In this document: piece after piece, positions 1 through 12,067 of the stretch
Numbering within the stretch: position 1 is the first letter of the stretch
How the letters are laid out: every line of letters begins with the position of its first letter
DNA from: an uncultured Chloroflexia bacterium
GTDB lineage: Bacteria; Chloroflexota; Chloroflexia; Thermomicrobiales; UBA6265
Assembly: GCA_963777865.1 (NCBI GenBank)
Contig: CAVZSG010000004.1
Coordinates: forward strand, 115,650-179,649
Reading direction: 5' to 3'
DNA length: 64,000 nucleotides
Translations under genes and position numbers: made by a program
The notes under the pieces: model-generated
Databases searched by the model: none
Told to the model about the DNA's origin: nothing
The model's input: only the letters and a program-made list of their open reading frames with translations

Positions 1-2166
1 CATCGCGACCGAAATTGCTGGCGAATCGCTGGCCGATTCCTTAATGGCCGCCGCACGGGAACTGTTCCGGCTCAACCCGGCCGAAATCGTTCGACCCGCC
101 GGTGCCAGTGGTGATCATTTACCGATCCCTGAGTCAGGCTGGATTCCGGCAACAGCCACCCAATCGCACAACGAAGCGTGGCGATGGCAAACGGACCGGG
201 CAAGTGACGTTCTCCGCCGCCACTTCAAGGTCGGATCGCTCGATGGATTCGGGCTGACCGGCAAAGACCTGGCAATTCGGGCCGCCGGAGGACTTCTCCA
301 CTACCTGCTCGACACCCAGCTGACCGAGCTCCGTCAGATAACCCAGATCAAGTCGTACTCACTCGATTCATTCATGACGCTCGACCTGCAAACTCGCCGC
401 AATCTGGAGTTGCTGGAGAGCTCATCGCGGCGAAAAACGACATAGCCTGATTGCCGTGCTGGACATGACCCGCACGCCGATGGGTGGCCGGCTGCTTCGG
501 CAATGGCTCAATCAGCCCCTGCTTGAACTGGATGCCTTGCGATTACGCCAGACCGACGTACGCACCTTCCACGCCAACACCCTCGCTCGAACCGAACTCC
601 GTGCCGCGACTCGGCGCAATCGGCGATATCCAGCGCATCACAAACCGGGCACTGACCGGCAATCTGCAACCGCGCGAACTGGTCACGCTACGAACGTCAA
701 TTGATGCCATTCCCGACTTGATCAAGTCGGCCTCAATCCTCTCTGATGCGCCTGCAATCCCGGATCTGTCGGACGTTTCAACGCTCCTCGCGTCGGCAAT
801 CGTCGATGAACCTCCGGCCGTCATCGGCCGAGGGCAAACCATCCGACCCGGATTCTCCGCCGAGATGGACGAGAGTCAGCGACGTGCCCGTGAAGCCCGG
901 GAGTGGATCGCCAATCTCGAACGCATCGAGCGGGATCGCACCGGGATCAAATCGCTCAAGGTCGGATACAACAAGGTCTTCGGCTATTACCTGGAGATCA
1001 CCACCGCCGCCCTTGGCCACGGCAGAACGGGATCGCGGCGATGTGCTGCCGGTCGACTACATCCCCAAGCAGAGCCTGACCAACGCCACCCGCTACTTCA
1101 CACCGCAGCTCAAGGAGTACGAAACGATCGTGCTCAATGCTGAGGATGTGCTCGAGCCAACTGGAGACAGATATCTACCGGCGTGTGCTTGGCCAGGTCG
1201 CCGCCGCGGCCGGCCGACTCCTGGACGCTGCCAACGTCATTGCATACCTTGATGTCGTCTCCTGTCTTGCCGAAGTGGCGGTGCATCGGCAGTATGTGCA
1301 GCCGGAGCTGACTCACGACGACGTCATCGAAATCGAAGCCGGCCGCCATCCGACGCTGGAAACGCTGGTCCCGCGCGGCGAGTACGTTCCCAACGACGCG
1401 AAACTCGATTCGAGAGCACCGGATTGTGATCCTGACCGGACCCAATATGGCCGGGAAGAGCAGCTGGTTGCGTCAGGTCGCACTCATTACCTTGCTGGCC
1501 CAGATCGGCTCGTTCGTGCCGGCAACCCGGGCAAGGATCGGGCTGGTAGATCGCATCTTCACCCGGATTGGTGCCCAGGATGACATCGCCTCCGGCCAAA
1601 GCACCTTCATGGTCGAGATGCTCGAAACGGCCAATATCCTCAACCACGCTACCAATCGCAGTCTGGTTGTCCTCGACGAAATTGGCCGTGGCACGAGCAC
1701 GTATGACGGCCTGGCAATCGCCCAGTCAATCGTCGAATTCATCCACAACACACCCGATCTGCGTTGCAAGACGCTCTTCGCAACCCACTACCATGAGTTG
1801 ACGCGCCTCGAGTCCATCCTGCCTTATGTGCATTGCTCGCGCATGGATGTCCTCGAAGATGGCGAGCGGATCGTCTTCCTGCATCGGGTTGTCGAAGGCG
1901 GAGCCGACCGCTCCTACGGCATCCACGTCGCGGATCTCGCCGGAATTCCCAAGGCGGTCGTGAATCGTGCAAAATCGTTGTTGACCGATCTGGAATCAGG
2001 CTCGGTCGAGCGCCGGTCCCCCTACGCGGCACCGGTCGCTCAACTGCGATTCATTGAGGAACCTGATCCCGCCCTGGAACAACTGAAGTCTCTCGATATC
2101 GACGGACTCACCCCGATCGAAGCCATCACCCGGCTGTACGAACTAAAGGGGCTGATTCGCAAGTAA
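1..2166 (+). CDS. mutS: DNA mismatch repair protein MutS (5' truncated by window; several frameshifts)
   Basis: Consecutive ORF fragments give '[13 protein letters not shown]', '[14 protein letters not shown]', '[19 protein letters not shown]', 'IEAGRHP', Walker A 'TGPNMAGKS', 'STFMVEM', '[12 protein letters not shown]', 'FATHYHEL', 'SYGIHVA'. Confidence 0.97.
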
Positions 2167-2362
2167 CGCGTACTTGGTCTCAGAAAATTCACAATCTGCC
2201 TAGTGATGATGATCTAGACTACGGTTACGTCGGGTCACTATGGGATCGACTCGGGCGTCAACCCGCAAAATACGAACCCCTACATACCAGGAGGAGAAGA
2301 CCTTGGGTCTTGATTTGAACGCGAATGGTCGAATTGCAACAGCACCGGGTGCAGAGCAGTAC

Positions 2363-3073
2363 ATGATTGAATGCCGGGACGTCGTCAAGACGTATGACAC
2401 CGGGACTGCCAAGATCCAGGCACTGAAGAACATCAACTTCGCAGTCAATCGCGGCGAAATGGTCGCCGTGATGGGACCGTCCGGTTGTGGCAAAACGACG
2501 TTGCTCAACTGCCTGTCCGGTTTGGACAAGGTCGATTCCGGACAGATATTCCTCGAAGGTCAGGATCTCTCCAAGATGGGCGATCGAAAACGAACTGACT
2601 ATCGAGCTCGCCGGATGGGGTTCATTTTCCAGGTCTATAACTTGCTCCCCGTTCTGAATGCGGTAGAAAATGTGGAACTTCCGCTCATTGTTTCCGGCAC
2701 CAAGCCCAAAATCGCTCGAGAGAAGGCTATGAACGCCCTCGAAACTGTCGGCCTCAGCAAATGGGCAACGCACCGACCAGCAGAACTATCTGGTGGCCAG
2801 CGTCAGCGGGTGACGATCGCCCGCTCTATGGTCAACGACCCAGCCATTGTCTGGGCAGATGAGCCGACCGGAGCGCTGGATTCTGGCGCCGCCCAGAACA
2901 TCATGGATTTGATGATCGATTTGAACCGCCGAAGCCTGCTGACATTCGTCGTGGTAACCCACGCGGAAGAAGTCGGTGCGCAGTGCAATCGAATCGTCCG
3001 CATGCGTGACGGTGAGATCGTTGGCCAGGACGTACTGGGCTCACTGCCTACGCCAGTTCAGGCTACCCACTAG
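2363..3073 (+). CDS. ABC transporter ATP-binding protein (LolD/MacB-like)
   Basis: Walker [18 protein letters not shown] signature, [13 protein letters not shown]; lies upstream of an FtsX-type permease. Start may be further upstream (ORF opens at 2240). Confidence 0.93.
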   Translation: MIECRDVVKTYDTGTAKIQALKNINFAVNRGEMVAVMGPSGCGKTTLLNCLSGLDKVDSGQIFLEGQDLSKMGDRKRTDYRARRMGFIFQVYNLLPVLNAVENVELPLIVSGTKPKIAREKAMNALETVGLSKWATHRPAELSGGQRQRVTIARSMVNDPAIVWADEPTGALDSGAAQNIMDLMIDLNRRSLLTFVVVTHAEEVGAQCNRIVRMRDGEIVGQDVLGSLPTPVQATH

Positions 3074-3114
3074 ATTGCGTGAACTGACGTTCAGGAAACG
3101 GTGAATTACGAATC

Positions 3115-6093
3115 ATGAAAGAACTCTTCGGCATCCCCATGTCCAGCATCGCCACTGTTTTGGGTGCGCTGCTGGTCCTCTGTCTGCTTACCGTGCTCTA
3201 TATCTTTTTGCGAAAGCCTATTGTCTTCAAAATGGGTCTTCGGAATATCCCACGCCGACCCGCTCAGACGGTCCTGATCATCATTGGCTTGATGCTTAGC
3301 ACTCTGATCGTCGCTGCGGCGCTCGGTGTCGGCGATACGCTGGACACCTCAGTCCGCAATACGGCTTACACCCAGCTTCGAACCATCGACCAGACAATCG
3401 TGACCAGCCTTTCCGGGGAAACCAACCGGAATACCGGCAACACATTCCCGGAGTCGCAGGTCGCCGACGTTGAAACTCGACTGGCCGGAGTCGAGGGAAT
3501 CGCGGGCATCCTGCCGGCCCTTCAATCCCGGGTGGCCGCGGTCAACGAGTCCACCCAGCTCGCGAACTCCCAGGTCAACATCGTGGGCCTGGAGATCTCC
3601 CGCCTTGATGCGTTCGGTGGGTTCACCACGCTCGACGGTGATCAGATCGATCTCGCCAGTTTCGCTCCGGGAACAGTCGTAATCAGCGAAACGCTGGCCA
3701 GAGAACTCGATCTCGACGTCGGCTCCCAATTCGTCGTTTTCGTCAGTGGCGCACCAACAACATTGACCGTCGGCGGAATCACGCAAAACCAGGCGATGGT
3801 CGGATACACAAACGGCAACGACGGATCAGTTAATGAATCCGGAATCGGGATGCCGCTCGCCGAAGCCCAGGTACTGCTTGGCCAGGACGGAATGATCAAC
3901 CAGATCTGGGTGACCCAGGGCGGAAAAATCGAAAAGTCCCGCGAAGAAATTGAAGCCGTGCGCGATATTGCCGCTCCCCTGCTGGACGGGTCCGGCCTGG
4001 GGATAAATGCGACAAAGGCAGACTTCATCCTGGCCGCTGAGGGAATCAGTAGCGGCTTCACGAGCATCTTCATCGTGCTCGGACTCTTCTCGATTGCCGC
4101 CGGTGTCCTGCTGATCGTCCTGATCTTCACGATGCTCGCCGCCGAGCGTCGCTCCGAAATGGGTATGGCTCGAGCAGTCGGGCAGCGCCGTCTTCAACTG
4201 ATTCAGCAGTTCATCAGCGAGGGTGCTGGGTACGCGTTGCTGGCCGGCCTCGTCGGTCTCCTTGGCGGCGTCGGAGCTACCTTTCTGATCGCCGAAGTAA
4301 TGGGCGGATTGTTCGGCGATGCCTTCCCGATCAAGGGGCATATCTCCACGACAAGCCTGATCTCGGCCTACTCGCTGGGTGTCTTCATCACATTTGCGAC
4401 GGTAGTGGCTGCATCCTGGAAAGTCAGTCGGCTTAACATCGTAGCCGCTGTCCGGGACATTCCGGATGAAGAGACGTCCAAACGCAAGAAGAAGACCCTC
4501 ATTTGGGGTTCATTGCTTACGCTGATCGGGGTCTTGCTGCTGCTCAGTGCCGGCGGTTCCGCGTTCCCGTTCTACGCAGGTCTCAGCCTGACGCCCTTCG
4601 GAATCGCAATCCTGCTGCAATGGTTTGGCGTTCCGGGTCGGGCGGTCTTCTCAGCTGTTGCCATCTGGCTACTGGCCGTCTGGCTGCTTCCGGACAGCAT
4701 CTTCAACCGGATATTCGGAGAGAAGGACGGGGACATCGAGATGTTCTTCCTTTCCGGAATCTTCCTGGTGATCGGATCAACGCTCCTTATAGTCCAGAAC
4801 ACGTCAACGCTGCTCAAGTTGGTCACAGCTATGGGCGGACTATTCAAATCGAAGCTCGCTGCGGTCAAGCTGGCTGTTGCCTATCCTGGGCAATCCCGTG
4901 GTCGCACTGGTATGGCTATCGCGATGTTCAGCCTGATCATCTTCTCACTGGTCATGATCGCCACGATTACACAGAATCTGACCGCTGCGTTCCTGAACGA
5001 TGAGGCCCTCGCTGGCTGGAACATCACTGCCCAGGGCAATGCTGGCCAGACCGTCGATGACTTCCCGGCCAAGGTTGCCCAGGCAGACATTGATCAATCA
5101 CAGATCCAGCAGATCGGTAAGGTCTCGCAGCCAAGTGGTGGTGCCGCGGCAATGCGGCAGGTCGGGCCGGTCCAGGGCGAGACAGGAACGTATGACCTGT
5201 ACCTTATGGATCAGACGTTCCTGGACACGACCGAATGGACATTCGACTATCGCGCTACCGGCTATACGACGGACCAGGCGGTCATCGACGCGCTTCGATC
5301 CGATTCATCGCTGGTCGTAATGGATATCCTCGCCGCATTCGGAAACGACTTCGGTCCGCCTCCGGGAATTGAGTTCGTCAACTTCACTGAAACCAATGGC
5401 GTGTTCGATCCGATCCAGGTTGAGATCCAGAACGCCGACGGTTCTGGTTCCGAGACGTTCACGGTCATCGGCTTGATCAGTCCGGAACTTCAATTCCTGT
5501 TCGGCATGTACGGCACCGGTCCGAATCTCGAAGCTGCGATCGGAACAGATAGTCTCGACACCTACTTCATCAAGACGTCCACCGGAGCGGATTCTGAAGC
5601 AATCGCCCGTGCGATTGAAGGTCAGGTTGTCCAGGACGGAATGAAGGTGACGTCGATCCAGGCAGTGCTTGAGGATGCCCAGCGCATCTTCTCCGGTTTC
5701 CTGTATGTCATCCAGGGCTTCATGGGACTTGGATTGATCGTCGGGCTGGCTGCAGTGGGAGTGATCTCCTTCCGCTCAGTCGTCGAGCGACGGCAGCAGA
5801 TCGGTATGCTGCGGGCCCTTGGTTTCCAGAAGAACATGGTCTCAACCGCGTTCCTGATCGAAACCGCCTACATCGTGATCCTGGGAGTCGTTGCCGGCAC
5901 GATTACAGGTCTCATCCTGGCAAGAAACCTGTTGACCTCCGATTCGGAGGACCTTCAGGTCGATTTCCAGGCTCCGTACGGATTGATCACCATCATTCTG
6001 GTCGGCACGATAGCTATCGCCCTGCTGACGGCCTGGGTTCCATCCCGGCAGGCATCGAATGTCGCACCGGCGGATGCCCTCCGGTACGAGTAG
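3115..6093 (+). CDS. FtsX/MacB-like ABC transporter permease with two permease domains
   Basis: 992 aa, multiple TM segments, two FtsX motifs 'AERRSEMGMARAVG' and 'VERRQQIGMLRALG', C-terminal 'PADALRYE'. Confidence 0.92.
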   Translation: MKELFGIPMSSIATVLGALLVLCLLTVLYIFLRKPIVFKMGLRNIPRRPAQTVLIIIGLMLSTLIVAAALGVGDTLDTSVRNTAYTQLRTIDQTIVTSLSGETNRNTGNTFPESQVADVETRLAGVEGIAGILPALQSRVAAVNESTQLANSQVNIVGLEISRLDAFGGFTTLDGDQIDLASFAPGTVVISETLARELDLDVGSQFVVFVSGAPTTLTVGGITQNQAMVGYTNGNDGSVNESGIGMPLAEAQVLLGQDGMINQIWVTQGGKIEKSREEIEAVRDIAAPLLDGSGLGINATKADFILAAEGISSGFTSIFIVLGLFSIAAGVLLIVLIFTMLAAERRSEMGMARAVGQRRLQLIQQFISEGAGYALLAGLVGLLGGVGATFLIAEVMGGLFGDAFPIKGHISTTSLISAYSLGVFITFATVVAASWKVSRLNIVAAVRDIPDEETSKRKKKTLIWGSLLTLIGVLLLLSAGGSAFPFYAGLSLTPFGIAILLQWFGVPGRAVFSAVAIWLLAVWLLPDSIFNRIFGEKDGDIEMFFLSGIFLVIGSTLLIVQNTSTLLKLVTAMGGLFKSKLAAVKLAVAYPGQSRGRTGMAIAMFSLIIFSLVMIATITQNLTAAFLNDEALAGWNITAQGNAGQTVDDFPAKVAQADIDQSQIQQIGKVSQPSGGAAAMRQVGPVQGETGTYDLYLMDQTFLDTTEWTFDYRATGYTTDQAVIDALRSDSSLVVMDILAAFGNDFGPPPGIEFVNFTETNGVFDPIQVEIQNADGSGSETFTVIGLISPELQFLFGMYGTGPNLEAAIGTDSLDTYFIKTSTGADSEAIARAIEGQVVQDGMKVTSIQAVLEDAQRIFSGFLYVIQGFMGLGLIVGLAAVGVISFRSVVERRQQIGMLRALGFQKNMVSTAFLIETAYIVILGVVAGTITGLILARNLLTSDSEDLQVDFQAPYGLITIILVGTIAIALLTAWVPSRQASNVAPADALRYE

Positions 6094-6096
6094 TCA

Positions 6097-7264
6097 TTAC
6101 GGCAAATACGCGCCACAAACATCGTTGGCAAACAGCAAGCCACGATGCGTCAATCGGACTCCCTGGTCGTCTTGATCAAGGAGTCCGATCTCTATTTGTG
6201 ATCGAATCACGTCGCCGAAAGTCTCAAGCAATCCAACGCCGTGCCGGGACGCAAACTCGTCGAACCGGACACCCTCGCGTAACAGCCTCAGGCCAAGCAT
6301 CATAGTCTCACCCATGGCCATTCGCTCGTCGATCACGTCGGTGTTCGAGACACCCGAGCCTTGATCAATTGCGTCGATGTAGGTCCGCGGGAGTAGATGC
6401 CTCATCGTCCGATCAAACCCAATCCGACCGTGCGATCCGGCCCCTATTCCCAGGTACTCGCCGTTGCGCCAGTAGAGCATGTTGTGGACTGACCCTCGAC
6501 CGGGCTCGCGGCTCCAGTTCGAGACCTCGTAGTGCTCCCAACCAGCCGCGGCCATGGTTTCCATCGCCTGCTCGAACATGTCGGCCGTCGCATCGTCGTC
6601 TGGAACAGTCATGATTCCGCGCATGAACGGCATCGGCCATCGGCGTGCCGGGCTCGACTATCAGCGAATACAGGGAAAGATGATCGACTGCACCGCCTGC
6701 CCAGCTGGTTACAGCGGCCAAATCTGCTGCCCATAACGCCGTGGTTTGACCCGGCCACCCGAAGATCAGGTCCAGGCTTATCCGCTCGAATCCAACTTGC
6801 TTGGCCGCGACGACTGCACGTTCCGCATCCGCTGCTTCATGCATCCGCCCAAGTCGGCGCAGTCCCCGCCGATCAGTAGTTTGCAAACCAATACTCAGGC
6901 GGTTGATTCCTGCGTCATGCAGGCCAGCGAGATATTCCGCCGTCAGGCCATTGGGATTTGCTTCGAGCGTGATTTCGGCATCGCCGGCAACATCGAACCT
7001 GTCCCGCGTTTGATCCAGAATCGCCCTGATCTGGTCAGCACTCAGCAGTGAGGGCGTACCCCCGCCAAAGAAAACCGAGTTGACCGCGCGGCGACCAATC
7101 CGAAGGGATTCCAGGGAAAGATCGGCAGCTACTGCCTCGACATAGCGCGGTATCAGTTCGCCCTGTCCGGCGTAAGTGTTGAAATCGCAATACGGGCAGA
7201 TATGCGTGCAAAACGGCACGTGAACGTAGATTCCGATGGGTGCCTGATTGGGTAACGGGGCCAC
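6097..7264 (-). CDS. hemW: Radical SAM heme chaperone HemW (HemN-like), frameshifted near 6630
   Basis: '[20 protein letters not shown]' CxxxCxxC, 'FGGGTPS', 'ITLEANP'; C-terminal part in another frame has 'HYEVSNW', '[10 protein letters not shown]'. Confidence 0.9.
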
Positions 7265-7308
7265 GAAAATACCTGACTGACGCACAACGAACGGTCGTTG
7301 CAGGCAGT

Positions 7309-10159
7309 CTAGGCGGTATCCCGTCGCCCGTCCGAGTGCTCGCGCATTTCCCGTCGCTGGCGAAGGTAATCAGTCAGACCAACCACGTCGGGAGGATTGT
7401 CCGGATCAATGTTGAACGGGTTCAGGCGTTTGCGCCGATGCTCTTCCCGCAAAAGCGCAGTGCTGGTCGAAACTGCCGCCACAAAATCCTCGACCAGGTT
7501 CGGGTCAAACTGTGAACCGGCTCCCTTGCGAAGTTCCGCGAGTGCCTGGTCGAGGGTCCGCCCTTTGCGATACGGTCGATCGTGCGTCATGGCAGCCAGC
7601 GCATCGGACATCGCCAGAATGCGGCCGAGCAGCGGAATCTCGTCGCCCTTTTTCCCGTAGGGATAGCCGAGGCCATCCCACCGTTCGTGGTGATGCGCTA
7701 CCGCAGCAATGACCGATTCAAGATTCGGTATGCCCTTGATGATCAGTTCACTGAAGACCACGTGTTGCCGGATGAGCGCCTCCTCCTCGGGAGACAGCCG
7801 ACCCGGTTTGCGCAGCACAGAATCTGGTACCGCTATCTTGCCGACATCATGCAGTTGCCCGGCAACGTCAAGAGCGTCAATCTCTTGATACGGAAGATTG
7901 ATGTACTTGCCAAAGCGCACTGAATACTCAGCCACCAGATCAGAATGATCCTTGGTGTACCGGTCCTTACGGTCGACCGCACGAACCAGGCCACTCAATG
8001 CACCGAACACCGTAACCTCAAGGGAGCGGGTGCCCTTCTCGATTGTTCCGAGTTGACCGCCACCGCACTCCTTGGCGGAGTACATCGCCGCGTCACCATA
8101 GGCAATCAGTTCCTGGCGGTTGGTCGCGTCCTGCGGGAACGTGGCGACGCCAACAGATATCCGGACCGGCAACTCCATGTTGCTGACGTGGAGGGATGCG
8201 CCTTCCATCCGCCGAAGCAATCGCTCCGCAACTCCCGCGGCGACGTCCTGTGTGGTTCCAGGCAGGATCAACAGGAATTCGTCGCCGCCATATCGGGCCA
8301 CATAGTCCCGTGTGCGGCAGGAATCGCGCAGGGCAGAAGCCACCTCAACCAGAACCCGATCACCGGTCAGATGACCGTGGGTGTCATTGAAGAACTTGAA
8401 GTCGTCCAGGTCGATGATGATGATCGAGAGTGATTCCGAAAGCTTTGCGGGCGGCCGCAAGTTCCCGGTCGAGGGTTTCAAACGCGGCCCGGTGATTCAG
8501 TAATCCGGTCAGACCGTCCGTTTCCGCGCGTCGCCGTAGCTGTCCAAAGAGATTCGCGCGATCAATCGCATGAGCCGCCTGAGACGCAAGTTCCTGGCCG
8601 ATCTTGATTGCATGTGCTGGCAGGCGTCTCCGACGTCTGCTCATCAGGCTGAGGACCCCGGTCGCCGAATCACCAAGCATGATCGGAAACGAGTGGAAGC
8701 TCTGGATTCCATCGGCGACATGATTCGCACGTTCTCGTGCGCTTAACTCCTGATCCGAAACGTGGAATCCCCGTGGGGCAGCCGATTGCATAACCGCTCG
8801 ACATGATGGCCAATCGGTTACCTGGTAGCGGTCCGATACCTGATAGAGCATCTGCCAATCGCGAACGCTTTGCATCGCTCCGATTTCAAATTGATCCTGC
8901 TCCTTGTGCCAGAGCAGCACCCGGCACGCTTCGACGCCATCGAATCCAAGGCTGACCCGTGCAATCTCCGAGAGAATGACGTGCAGATCCTTGCCAGAAA
9001 TCACCGCCTGGGAAACGCGCAACAACGCGGTCTGTTCGTCAGCTTGCTGCTTTGCCTGATCCGCATACTGACTATGCTGAATCGCCAGCGCGGCATTCGC
9101 GCCGATCTCCTCCACGGTTCGCAAGTCACGCGCCTCAAGCGAGCGATGCGTTCTTGAAAAGAGCAACACGACTCCAACGGCTTCACCCAGCACCACGAAA
9201 GGAACTGCGAGCACGGCGGCTATCCCCTGCTCGCCCAGGTGGGTTCGCTCGTACTCGCTGAGCGTTTCCGAGTGATCCAACCCCAACTGGTAGGGTGAGC
9301 AGTTGTCCAGGGCAAACCGGAGATTCTGCCAGTCATTCAGGCGCATCCGTTCGCCTGTCCCTGGAATCCCCGACACATCGTCTGATCGCTTGACCGATGC
9401 CTGCACCGTCAAACAATCGATATCCCGGGAGTAAACGCCGACAACACAGGCATCCCAATCGCTGATAGACCGCACGGCCGATGCGACTTCGATCAAAACC
9501 AGATCAAGGTCTTGCATCCCCACAACCGTCTGCGTGATACGAGAAACCAATTGGCGCTCGAGGGTGCGATGCCGCACGTCGTCTTCGGCGCGAGCAAACT
9601 GGATGGCAAGCGCCACTTGATCAGCTGCAGACATGGCGATCTCAAGATCACTCTCCGTGTAGCCATCTTTGTGTTCGCGCAGCAGAACTAATGCGATAGC
9701 CGGTTCGCCATCGCACGAGACTGGAACAGCCAACGCATGACACGCACCGAGGCCAGGCAGAAAATCCGGCCCAATTACCATCCCGCCTGATCGCGAAGCG
9801 CTACGAATTCGGTCTCCAAACACCAGGTCCAGGGCGGACATGTGCACGCCAGAAAGTTCGCTGGAGCCGACCGTGTTGCTAAGAACTCGACCGCCGATCG
9901 CATTTACATCGAGCGGTACCAGAACGGCGTGCGTCGAATCGGCAACGTCAGCGGCGGCCGTTGCTATTGCCTGAACCGCGGCGTCAAACGAAACCTGATC
10001 GAGTCCAGCATGTCCAATCGATCGTAGCAGCCGAGCAATCGCGTTCGCGTCAACTGACTCTACTATCTCGGGGGCGTTCGGCACATCACTAGTTGCCGCC
10101 GACCGATTGGCACGCGACGACCGCTTCGATTCCCTGGATTTTTCACTACGCGTAAGCAA
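7309..10159 (-). CDS. Multi-GAF sensor diguanylate cyclase / HD-GYP phosphodiesterase (frameshift near 8460)
   Basis: GAF-like repeats, 'TDGLTGLLNHR', 'DLDDFKFFNDTHGHLTGD', I-site RTRD plus GGDEF, then 'LHDVGKI' and 'HHERWDGLGYP'. Confidence 0.92.
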
Positions 10160-10322
10160 ACCGGGTTCCTTGCGTCGGTCAAAGTCGACCTGGAACCCAT
10201 ATTAGGAACTTCGGCTGTCTGATCCCATGGGAACAATTCGCCAGAGGTCGCGGTACGTTGGTCTCACGGGTGGCTGGGAGAGGCCGGGCACGCGATCGTT
10301 GACTGTTCCAATACTGGGTTGG

Positions 10323-11117
10323 TCAGGCCCAGGATGCGGTTCCGCGAGCGGTCCACCTGCCGTCAACGCGGCCGACAATTACCTCGATCCCAAATGCGTC
10401 CGAGACCAGCGGACTCGTCAGCACGTTCTCGATTTCACCGGCGGCGATCATCTGACCATCGGCAAGCAACAGTGCGTGGGTGGAGGTTGGCGGCAGTTCC
10501 TCAAGATGGTGCGATATCAATATCGTCGCGAGCTCGGCATCAGTTCTCGACAATTCAACCAGCGCCGAGATCAGCGCTTCTCTGGCCGGCAAGTCCAGTC
10601 CACCGGCTGGCTCATCGAGAACGAGAATGCGGGGTCGGGTCATGAGCGCACGAGCGATCCGTACCCGTTGGCGTTCACCCTGCGAAAGTGTCTTGATTTC
10701 GCGCGTCTCCATGCCGGAAAGGCCAAGTTTGGCAATCAGTTCCGCGGCAAGTGGGAAGTGGTGGGGTTCATACCGATCTGGCTGGGGCTGCACCGTTCCA
10801 AATGCTCCGGTCAGGACAATCTCTTCAACCGTGAACCACTCGTACATCGTCTGATGCGGATCGACGATGCTGATCTGCTCGCGAAGCTCAAGCATGCTTG
10901 CCTCGCCAAAACGACGACCGAGAACCTCGACGATGCCTCGGGATGGGTATCGACGCGCCGTTGCGACGTTGAAGAGCGTGGACTTACCGGCCCCATTCGG
11001 ACCAAGGACCGCCCAGTGTTCCCCGGCTCGAACGGTCCAGGTGATGTCGCTGAGAATTTCCTTGCGGTCCTCAAGCCAGACAGTAACGCCCTCAAGCACG
11101 ATCAGCGGTTCGTTCAA
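10323..11117 (-). CDS. ABC transporter ATP-binding protein (ModF/YlmA-like)
   Basis: 'GEHWAVLGPNGAGKS', 'LSQGERQRV', 'LDEPAGGLD', 'SHHLEE'. Start uncertain (11117 or 11144). Confidence 0.88.
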   Translation of the reverse strand: MNEPLIVLEGVTVWLEDRKEILSDITWTVRAGEHWAVLGPNGAGKSTLFNVATARRYPSRGIVEVLGRRFGEASMLELREQISIVDPHQTMYEWFTVEEIVLTGAFGTVQPQPDRYEPHHFPLAAELIAKLGLSGMETREIKTLSQGERQRVRIARALMTRPRILVLDEPAGGLDLPAREALISALVELSRTDAELATILISHHLEELPPTSTHALLLADGQMIAAGEIENVLTSPLVSDAFGIEVIVGRVDGRWTARGTASWA

Positions 11118-11146
11118 GCCCGTGCAGTCCTCACTGAAACTCAACT

Positions 11147-11181
11147 AAAAAATGTTGGGCAGCTTTTGCGCCGCCCAACAT
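11147..11181 (-). terminator. Intrinsic terminator after the repeat-protein gene
   Basis: Stem ATGTTGGGC/GCCCAACAT (11152-11160/11173-11181), followed on the minus strand by a T6 tract. Confidence 0.7.
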
Positions 11182-11215
11182 ACTCAGGTTCGATCTCTAA
11201 TGTGTAGCCAGAGAT

Positions 11216-11785
11216 CTAGAGATTGTTCTTCGCTTCCTCAGCTGCTGCTTTAGCATCGCCAACGGCTGAATCTGCTGCGGCCTTTGCGTCGCCGACTGCT
11301 GAATCTGCGGCAGCTTTTGCATCGCCAACGGCCTTGTCAGCCGCTGCCTTCGCATCATTGACTGTGGAGTCGGCGGCGGCTTTCGCATCTCCGACAGCAC
11401 TCTCTGCAGCTGCTTTCGCATCGTCAACAGCGGAGTCGCCCTTTGACGTGATGTCGTCAATGGTCGACTTGGCCTTGTCCGTCAGGTCGGATCCGAGATC
11501 CTTGGCCTTGTCCGTCAGATCTGAGCCAGTGGCCTTTGCCTTGTCGGTCAGATCTGCGCCAGTGGCCTTTGCCTTCTCGGTCAAATCAGCTCCGGTCGTC
11601 TTTGCCTTCTCGGTCAAGTCGGCTCCGGTTGTCTTCGCCTTCTCGGTCAAATCAGCTCCGGTTGTTTTCGCCTTTTCACCAAGATCAGCGCCAACTGTTT
11701 TGGCCTGTGACGCGGCGTCGGTCGCCTTGGATTGCGCCTGCCCAAGCAGACCCTTCAACTTGTCACCGAGTTCACTCAAATTCAT
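11216..11785 (-). CDS. LEA group 3-like hydrophilic protein of 11-residue repeats
   Basis: AGGAGG RBS before ATG at 11785; tandem 11-mers 'KAKTTGADLTE' (about 7) then 'DAKAAADSAVG' (about 6); no Cys or aromatic residues. Confidence 0.8.
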   Translation of the reverse strand: MNLSELGDKLKGLLGQAQSKATDAASQAKTVGADLGEKAKTTGADLTEKAKTTGADLTEKAKTTGADLTEKAKATGADLTDKAKATGSDLTDKAKDLGSDLTDKAKSTIDDITSKGDSAVDDAKAAAESAVGDAKAAADSTVNDAKAAADKAVGDAKAAADSAVGDAKAAADSAVGDAKAAAEEAKNNL

Positions 11786-12067
11786 AGCCAGACCCCTCCT
11801 CAATAACGGATTCATTCGTCCCCACCAACCAAATGCCGCTGTGCGTGGGTTTCCATCTAAAGAATACTCCGAGTCGCCAATCGATGACGCGCCCCGTCCG
11901 GATTCCGCGATCAACATCCAATCAGTGAGGTATTGAACCCCTACCAGAGATACTCTTGGACCTGTTCCGAACTTGCTCCGGCACAGCTATACTGATTCCC
12001 ATCCGGGCGACATATGTTGCCGGTTGCGCTATGCCATTTCGGCTTCCGCGGGGAGCACAAACTGATC

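Noticed and set aside
1-2166. mutS pseudogene leading to a hypermutator with genome-wide gene decay
   Set aside because: Breaks are indels without accumulated in-frame stops and hit normally conserved genes too; sequencing error is more parsimonious.
11216-11700. 33-bp periodic repeats as a CRISPR array
   Set aside because: Repeats are contiguous, in frame and vary at synonymous positions, with no unique spacers and no cas genes.
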